Positions 31,962 through 37,643 of a DNA stretch of 37,643 nucleotides are shown in pieces. Position numbers and translations under genes: made by a program. Origin of the DNA: a virus; IMG/VR virus record IMGVR_UViG_3300043958_000061, positions 1 through 37,643 of that record, one strand, 5' to 3'. Positions within the stretch are counted from its first letter, which is position 1, and the number at the start of each line of letters is the position of its first letter. The notes beneath the pieces were generated by a model, which saw only the letters and a program-made list of their open reading frames with translations, was not told the DNA's origin and ran no database searches.

Positions 31962-33014
31962 ATGCGTCCTGGTCCGTCTATTGATGAGCTGAAACGAACT
32001 GGTGTCGGTGCGCGTATCAATGTGGTGCGTGCCGGGCGCGTTATTGCGACAAATGTTCCGGTGACGGATGTTCAAGAGGGTTGGACGGCGTCACGGTCTG
32101 TGCCTACACAGGTGACGTTCGTGGCCCCCTTGGATTGGACGCCGAAGGACGCGTTGGATCCTCTCAACAACTATGGGCAGCGGATCCAGCTGATTAGCTT
32201 GGCTGAGACTGACCATGGCGTGGTGGAGACGGAGATCGGCTGGTTCCAGATCTCCACGTGGGAGGTGCAGGACGATGGCGTGCAGGTCACCTGCCTGGAC
32301 CTGCTGCAGGTGCTTGCAGAGAACGACATGACGTGGCCGTCGTCGCCGCCAGCAGGTGCGACACTTAGATCAGAGCTACAGCGCCTGTGCACGATCCGTA
32401 GTGATTTCGCGCTGCCTGTGGTCCTGGACACTTCCGACCGGAGTATTCCGCGGACTTTCCAGTGGGGCACAGACCGGCTCGAAAACGTCGCAGACCTTTG
32501 CGAATCGTATGGTCTCACGTACGCAGTGAAAACGGACGGCTGCCTGCATGCGTGGAGTATTCCTGATGGTTCCTCACCGGTGGCGCATTACACGGCGAAA
32601 GACCTGCTTATAGATGCGCCACGGACGGCGAAAGACCGCATCGCCAACGTTTACACGGTTGTTGGTGGGCAGGAAGACGACGCCGCAAACCGTTTCTCGG
32701 CCAGCGTGTCGAACACCGCGTCTCCATATGATCCAGCTGGCTACGGGGTGGTGACACAGCGGACGGCCCTGGATTCTGCCACCTCGCAGGCACAAGTGTT
32801 GACTGCTGCGCAAACTCGGATGAGGACCGCGCTAGCCGCCACCGAAACACGCTCTTTGGAGGTTGTGATGGATCCACGCCTGGAAGGAATGGACGTGATC
32901 TCGTGCATCACCGATGAAGGCGAGCCCATCGTAGGCAGGATTACCGCATATTCGCGGTCGCATACGGATCCGTCAGCCTCGATGAGGGTAGATGTGGAGG
33001 TACTCCTGTGGTGA
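31962..33014 (+). CDS. Minor tail protein (baseplate hub / Tal position)
   Basis: 350 aa with the strong RBS AGGAGGTTGGT. Called by position. Confidence 0.65.
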   Translation: MRPGPSIDELKRTGVGARINVVRAGRVIATNVPVTDVQEGWTASRSVPTQVTFVAPLDWTPKDALDPLNNYGQRIQLISLAETDHGVVETEIGWFQISTWEVQDDGVQVTCLDLLQVLAENDMTWPSSPPAGATLRSELQRLCTIRSDFALPVVLDTSDRSIPRTFQWGTDRLENVADLCESYGLTYAVKTDGCLHAWSIPDGSSPVAHYTAKDLLIDAPRTAKDRIANVYTVVGGQEDDAANRFSASVSNTASPYDPAGYGVVTQRTALDSATSQAQVLTAAQTRMRTALAATETRSLEVVMDPRLEGMDVISCITDEGEPIVGRITAYSRSHTDPSASMRVDVEVLLW

Positions 33015-36000
33015 AACGTAATCGGTGGTTGGATGTCACCCCGCAAGGCTCGAAAGCTACCGCTAACCGTGGAATTCAGGTGGACCAGTGGCTTACCGGG
33101 ACGGTCACGGAGCAAGTGGATTCGTCGAATGTTGCGGTCGAGTTGGACGGTTCGGATTCCACGCCGGTGGTTGCCCCGGCGGCTGCTGGTATCACGTATA
33201 TTGGGGCGCGTGTCCGGTGCCTGCGGGACTCCACCGGGAAGATTGTTCAGGTGGAGGCTCCTCTCACACTCCCGGACGGTGTGGAGGTGATCGCGGCTGG
33301 CTCGACTGGGCAGGTGATCGTCACAGCTCAGGAGACGGCTACCGCCGCACAAACAGCGGTGAACGAAACCCAGCAGGCCCTTGATGAGGCGCGTACGGAG
33401 CTCACGTCGTCGATGTCTGCGTTGGATAGGCGCGTATCGGAGGCTGAGTCGAGTCTGTCGGAGTCACAGGACTACATCGAGCACACGGTCACTCCGGGTC
33501 TGGAGCAGGCACAGTCGGATGCGGAGTCTGCGGCGTCTGCGGCGGCTCAGGCTGTGGCTGATGGTGTTGTGAGCGTGGTGACTGAGTATGCGGTGGGGTC
33601 GTCTGAGACGGTGGCTCCCACGAGCGGGTGGAGTACGTCTACTCCCGCGCGGACGGCTGGCACGTTCATCTGGTCGCGGACGACCACCACGAAGGGCGAC
33701 GGGACTGCGACCACGTCCTCTCCGGTGCTGGTGACAGGGAACACTGGTGCGGCGGGTGCTGCGGGTGTGAGCGTGTCGTCGGTGACCCCGTACTACGTGC
33801 TGGTGGGTACTGGTGCGAGCGCTCCTGCGAAGCCTACGACGAACCCGCCGTCCTCGTCGTGGACTCTGACTGAGCCCGCCTACCAGTCGAGCACGGAGCT
33901 GTATCGGTGCGATCTGACGGTCATGTCGGACGGCTCGTGGTCGTGGGGTGCGGTGAGCAAGGTGTCGTCGTACACGGCGGCGAGCCTCGCCATGAACAAC
34001 GCGGCGGAGCTCATCGTCAACGGTGGCTTCGAGACCGGCGACCTCACCGGATGGACCCCATCAGGCAACGTGACAGTGACCACCAAAGACACGGACGGAA
34101 GCGTCGTTCCTCCATCAGGCACGTATCAGTGTCGCTTCGGCGTGGGCAGCATCTCCCAGACGATTGCCTGCCCGCCAGCGGGCCACAAGCTCCGGGTCAG
34201 CGCAATGTTGACTGGGTCCTACGCGAGGCGAACGATCACTCTCCAGTTCCAGTTCGCGGGGCAAGACGCGCAGGTCATCGGCTCCAAGACTGCCGATCCC
34301 TACACGCTCATCTCTGCCGATCTGACCGTCCCTGCCGGTGCGGCTACCGCCGTTGTGACAGTGAGTGGCGACACGATCTACACGCGCGCGGACGACATCT
34401 CAGTGCGCGACGTGACGGACGTGCAGCAGCAGGCGGTCACCCTCACGAACCTCATCGACGCGACCGCCGCCGGGCTGGTCAGCGTGTCCACCACCGCGCC
34501 CGACGTGTCACAAGTCGGCCGCGTGTGGATCATCCCCAGCGCGGACGGCACCAAGGTCGTCGGCATGAAGATCAGCAACGGGTCCGCATGGTCGTCCTAC
34601 GCGATGATGGTCGAGGACCTCATGGTCGTCGGTGAGGACGGCACCATCCGGCTCAAAAATGGGGTCGTGTCCGCGCCGAACATCAAGGCCACGAGCGACC
34701 TGTGGACGAAGATCCTCGCAGTCGCAGGCAACGCGACGATCGGCGGGAACCTGCTGGTCAACGGCGCGGTCGACGCGTCGAAGATCACCGCATCCAGCGA
34801 GCTGTGGGCGAAGATCGCGACGTTCGCGAAGGTCACCACCGGCATGCTGATCGCGGGCGGGGCGAAGATCACGGGCGCGCTCCTCGCCGACGTCATCCAG
34901 CTCGCTACCCGACTCGTCGCAGGAGATCCAGACGGGACACGGGTCGAAATGAACGGCGACGGCATCACCGTGTACAGGCAGCTACCAGACGGCATGACGT
35001 CTGAGGCTATCCGGCTGGGCATTAGCGGCACCGACTATATCGGAATCCTCAACACGGACGGTGACACGCTTTCCTCTCTCGACGATCAAGGCAACATCAC
35101 CGGGCAAACCCTGACCGCAAATCAGAATATCGTGATGGCGGGGCAAGACCTCGCCGAAACCCTTGATATGATGCCGCGCGGCGTGATAGCGATGGCCGGG
35201 GCCGCCGCGTTCCCCGCATCCATTTCAAACTTGCGCACCTCGTACGGACTGACAGAGATCGCGTTCACTGCCCCATCGACAGGCGTGCGGGTTATCAAGG
35301 TGGCGGCGAGTTTCTTGCTGCGCCAGTGGGGCAAGTCCACGAACGTGGCGGTGACCTACACGACGGATGGTTCGCGCCCGAATGTGGGTTCGCCCGTCCT
35401 CATCCGTTGGACAACGCCAGATACCGCGGGTGGCACAGACTTCACGGTTGACTTCAACACGGTCACATCCATTGCCCTTACGGAGGGGCAGACGATCCGC
35501 ATGCTCCTCATGATCGCAGAAAACGGTAACGACGGGAACATCGCGTTCGTCAACTCAATGAATCCGCGCTTCTGGGTGGAGGATATTGGCCCATACACGG
35601 CGTTTGGTGGAGTGATCAATTCGGGTGGCGGCAAGCTGCCAGACAATTCGTCGGCGACTCCGGAAGCGACTACGGATCCGGTGAAAACCTACACGAAAAC
35701 TTACAGTTCGACGGGCTGTCAGTCCTATGTGGGTTCGGGTGCCAAGTATGCCTATAACGTCGGGAAAGCCTACCAAGGCGCCTACGGGTCAAACACAGGG
35801 CTGCACTCACTCTGGATCTTCCCTTCTGTCATTAGTGACCTGTCGGGGGCAACCGTCAACAAGGTGATCCTGCGGATCACGAATCAACACACGGTCGCTA
35901 ATGCGGGTGGCACGGCCCGTATTCAAGCTCATGGAAACACGTCCATCCCGGCAACGTATGGGGGTGGGACGGCGATAGCCAACGTTAGTTTCGCGAAGGG

Positions 36001-36148
36001 CCAGACGAAGGACATTGATGTGACCTCGCAGGCCGCCGCAGGGTTGAAGTCGGGCGGGGTTCGCGGCTTTGGGCTGTTGGCTTCCGCCACATCGGATTAC
36101 GGGTATTGGTCTGGGGACGCGAAGTTGATCATCACCTACACGAAGTGA
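33008..36148 (+). CDS. Large minor tail protein / receptor-binding protein with coiled coil and a CBM-like domain
   Basis: 1046 aa. It has an N-terminal coiled coil (QETATAAQTAVNETQQALDEARTELTSS...). The segment ELIVNGGFETGDLTGWTPSGNVTV resembles the start of CBM_4_9-type sugar-binding domains. Confidence 0.75.
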   Translation: MVKRNRWLDVTPQGSKATANRGIQVDQWLTGTVTEQVDSSNVAVELDGSDSTPVVAPAAAGITYIGARVRCLRDSTGKIVQVEAPLTLPDGVEVIAAGSTGQVIVTAQETATAAQTAVNETQQALDEARTELTSSMSALDRRVSEAESSLSESQDYIEHTVTPGLEQAQSDAESAASAAAQAVADGVVSVVTEYAVGSSETVAPTSGWSTSTPARTAGTFIWSRTTTTKGDGTATTSSPVLVTGNTGAAGAAGVSVSSVTPYYVLVGTGASAPAKPTTNPPSSSWTLTEPAYQSSTELYRCDLTVMSDGSWSWGAVSKVSSYTAASLAMNNAAELIVNGGFETGDLTGWTPSGNVTVTTKDTDGSVVPPSGTYQCRFGVGSISQTIACPPAGHKLRVSAMLTGSYARRTITLQFQFAGQDAQVIGSKTADPYTLISADLTVPAGAATAVVTVSGDTIYTRADDISVRDVTDVQQQAVTLTNLIDATAAGLVSVSTTAPDVSQVGRVWIIPSADGTKVVGMKISNGSAWSSYAMMVEDLMVVGEDGTIRLKNGVVSAPNIKATSDLWTKILAVAGNATIGGNLLVNGAVDASKITASSELWAKIATFAKVTTGMLIAGGAKITGALLADVIQLATRLVAGDPDGTRVEMNGDGITVYRQLPDGMTSEAIRLGISGTDYIGILNTDGDTLSSLDDQGNITGQTLTANQNIVMAGQDLAETLDMMPRGVIAMAGAAAFPASISNLRTSYGLTEIAFTAPSTGVRVIKVAASFLLRQWGKSTNVAVTYTTDGSRPNVGSPVLIRWTTPDTAGGTDFTVDFNTVTSIALTEGQTIRMLLMIAENGNDGNIAFVNSMNPRFWVEDIGPYTAFGGVINSGGGKLPDNSSATPEATTDPVKTYTKTYSSTGCQSYVGSGAKYAYNVGKAYQGAYGSNTGLHSLWIFPSVISDLSGATVNKVILRITNQHTVANAGGTARIQAHGNTSIPATYGGGTAIANVSFAKGQTKDIDVTSQAAAGLKSGGVRGFGLLASATSDYGYWSGDAKLIITYTK

Positions 36149-36157
36149 GGGAAAACT

Positions 36158-36403
36158 ATGGAGTCGAATTTGTTGAAGATTGCCCGCGCAGTGGACGGGG
36201 ATGATCTTTTCGCCATGCGCGTCAAAATCGCGTGCGAGCTCAAAAAAATAACGTACAGCCGGGATGTTCTGCTCACGGTAGCGCAAGCCGTAGCAGACCA
36301 TATCACGGTCGACGACGCGGGCGCTGTCGATACGACAGGTGTCCCGGATGAGGCGATCATAGATGCGCTACCGGCAGCTACACAGACAGGGGAGGCAGTA
36401 TGA
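36158..36403 (+). CDS. Hypothetical protein (tail module)
   Basis: 81 aa, coupled to the next gene by ATGA. Confidence 0.5.
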   Translation: MESNLLKIARAVDGDDLFAMRVKIACELKKITYSRDVLLTVAQAVADHITVDDAGAVDTTGVPDEAIIDALPAATQTGEAV

Positions 36404-37062
36404 CGGATACGACATGGCGAGGTGTCCCGCTGATCGAAGCTGGCGACGGGATACTGACGTCGCTCGCGCTACTCGCAAACAATCTTAATGTTGGTGTCCC
36501 GGTGGCTAGCATTGCTGCCGCACGCACGCTCCTCACGCAGGCAGAGGCGGATGGCGTCGCACCAACCTCGTCAAATCCCGCACTTTTCATGGTCGGTGAG
36601 GGAGTGAAACGTGTTTTGTACACGTCGGACGGATCCAAAACTGGCGGGGTGTGGGCGCTCTCTCCCGTCAACGAGCCGTCGCGCGCTAGGTTCGGCCGTG
36701 GAGAGGATTCTGGCGTGACCCGCAGCCTCTCCCAGGGAGATACGCTTACCGTCATCAGCGGGGCGCTCCCATCAGCACCCTACGATCGTGCAATCAGCAT
36801 GGAAGCAATCTGCTATGGGTCTGTGACTGGCAATATTTGGTTGCGGATCTATCCTCCGGGAGAAGCGTATGTTTCGGCCAGGTTTTCGTCTGGTGATCAG
36901 CAGTCGCAGCCACTCCCGGCGCGGGGAAAGATCCTCGCTGGGCAGTCTCCCGAGTTGAGGGTCGCCGTCGTTGGTGGTGCGGGGGGAGGGAGCATCACGT
37001 TTGGTACCACGGCAGATAACACGGTTCTTTTCGTGGATGCATTCCCGATCACGATGGCCTGA
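36400..37062 (+). CDS. Hypothetical / minor tail protein
   Basis: 220 aa. It is the last structural gene and is followed by a terminator. Confidence 0.55.
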   Translation: MTDTTWRGVPLIEAGDGILTSLALLANNLNVGVPVASIAAARTLLTQAEADGVAPTSSNPALFMVGEGVKRVLYTSDGSKTGGVWALSPVNEPSRARFGRGEDSGVTRSLSQGDTLTVISGALPSAPYDRAISMEAICYGSVTGNIWLRIYPPGEAYVSARFSSGDQQSQPLPARGKILAGQSPELRVAVVGGAGGGSITFGTTADNTVLFVDAFPITMA

Positions 37063-37082
37063 CCAGCGGAAACACATACTCT

Positions 37083-37107
37083 AGCCGCCCGATGGGTGGC
37101 TTTTTTT
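37083..37107 (+). terminator. Intrinsic terminator at the end of the tail operon
   Basis: AGCCGCCC-GAT-GGGTGGCT followed by a T7 run. Confidence 0.75.
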
Positions 37108-37126
37108 ATGCCCAAAGGAGGCATAT

Positions 37127-37643
37127 ATGACGGCAGATGAGGTACGCGCGGCTGTGATCGCGACCGCGCGCAGTTTGAAAAGCCAGCTCAAATACTCGAA
37201 TGCGTGGGTGGGTGCTACCGTGGCTCAGCTCAAAGCTCGCGGCGCTGGGGACTGTAGCGATTTCACACAGGCGTGTTTTGGCGCGCATGGCTACACGCTC
37301 TCCGGCATGTCCTATGAGCAGGCGAAAAATGGCGTGGAGGTCGCGTCCTGGCGCGGCTCGCGAGGCGGAGCAAACGCCGCTTTTATTGCAATCCAGCCCA
37401 AGCTCAAGCCTGGGGATCTCGTGTGCATGGCGATCGATTCGTCTCGTCCCGGCGTGATCTCCCACGTAGAAATCTGGATCGGCGACGGCCTCTCGATCGG
37501 TCACGGAGGCCCGGGTTATGGGCCCACCGAACACGCCATCACTGACTGGAATCTTTTACAGAGCGCAACGTACTGGACGGCGCGACGAATCATCACTGAC
37601 GACATTCCCGAGGAGGAAGAAATGAACGACAACCAGGCATATA
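37127..37643 (+). CDS. Endolysin, N-terminal NlpC/P60-type cysteine peptidase domain (continues at 128..378 after removing the 127-bp overlap)
   Basis: ATG 37127 follows AAAGGAGG. The catalytic-Cys motif is GDCSDFTQACF and the His region is ISHVEIWIGDGLSIGHG. There is no stop before the window end, so this ORF is absent from the track. Confidence 0.8.
   Translation, partial: MTADEVRAAVIATARSLKSQLKYSNAWVGATVAQLKARGAGDCSDFTQACFGAHGYTLSGMSYEQAKNGVEVASWRGSRGGANAAFIAIQPKLKPGDLVCMAIDSSRPGVISHVEIWIGDGLSIGHGGPGYGPTEHAITDWNLLQSATYWTARRIITDDIPEEEEMNDNQAY
37517..37643. repeat. Second copy of the 127-bp terminal overlap
   Basis: Identical to 1..127. Confidence 0.9.

Noticed and set aside
33907-34635. 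242-aa + strand alternative-frame ORF inside the receptor-binding protein gene, with similar alternative frames at 34632..35004
   Set aside because: Its translation is extremely Arg/Gly/His-rich, as expected from the off-frame of a GC-rich gene. The main frame is continuous and protein-like.
1-37643. cas genes or a full CRISPR-Cas locus accompanying the mini-array
   Set aside because: All large ORFs are accounted for by recognisable phage functions or are small hypotheticals. Nothing resembles Cas3, Cas7, Cas5, Cas6e or Cas1-Cas2 in size or motifs.

Overview
The window is one complete, circularly closed phage genome. The first and last 127 bp are identical, leaving about 37,516 bp of unique sequence. 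It looks like a temperate siphovirus of a high-GC Gram-positive (Actinomycetota-type) host, judged from a WhiB gene, GC-rich codon usage, ATGA/GTGA-coupled genes and apparently leaderless switch genes.

Gene order on the + strand:
- Lysis cassette: an NlpC/P60-type endolysin that wraps across the window ends, a holin and a second membrane protein.
- A leftward accessory operon, then a tyrosine integrase.
- attP carrying the 3' half of a tRNA-Arg(CCT).
- Divergent cI-like and Cro-like HTH genes, an antirepressor and an Xis-like HTH.
- Early/replication module: WhiB, a RecE-like exonuclease with RecT, two orphan DNA methyltransferases, a RusA-like resolvase, an HNH, a replication organiser and SSB.
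- Packaging and head: HNH, small terminase (TerS), large terminase (TerL), portal, MuF-like protein, scaffold and major capsid.
- Head-tail and tail genes, including a -1 frameshifted chaperone, a 943-aa tape measure and a 1046-aa receptor-binding protein.

The most interesting feature is a cas-less type I-E-like mini-CRISPR array at 983..1073 on the minus strand. It has one full 29-nt repeat, a 33-nt spacer, and a second repeat conserved over exactly the 21 nt that Cas6e retains as the crRNA 3' hairpin. It sits 13 nt downstream of a two-gene leftward operon (a very acidic 134-aa protein and an HTH protein) driven from a palindrome-embedded promoter. That layout resembles an anti-defence or inter-phage-competition locus.

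Two antisense small ORFs are inserted in the tail module. There are also iteron-like repeats inside the replication gene and an 11-bp palindromic tandem array beside attP.

All calls come from reading motifs, gene order and signals by eye. No database search was run.
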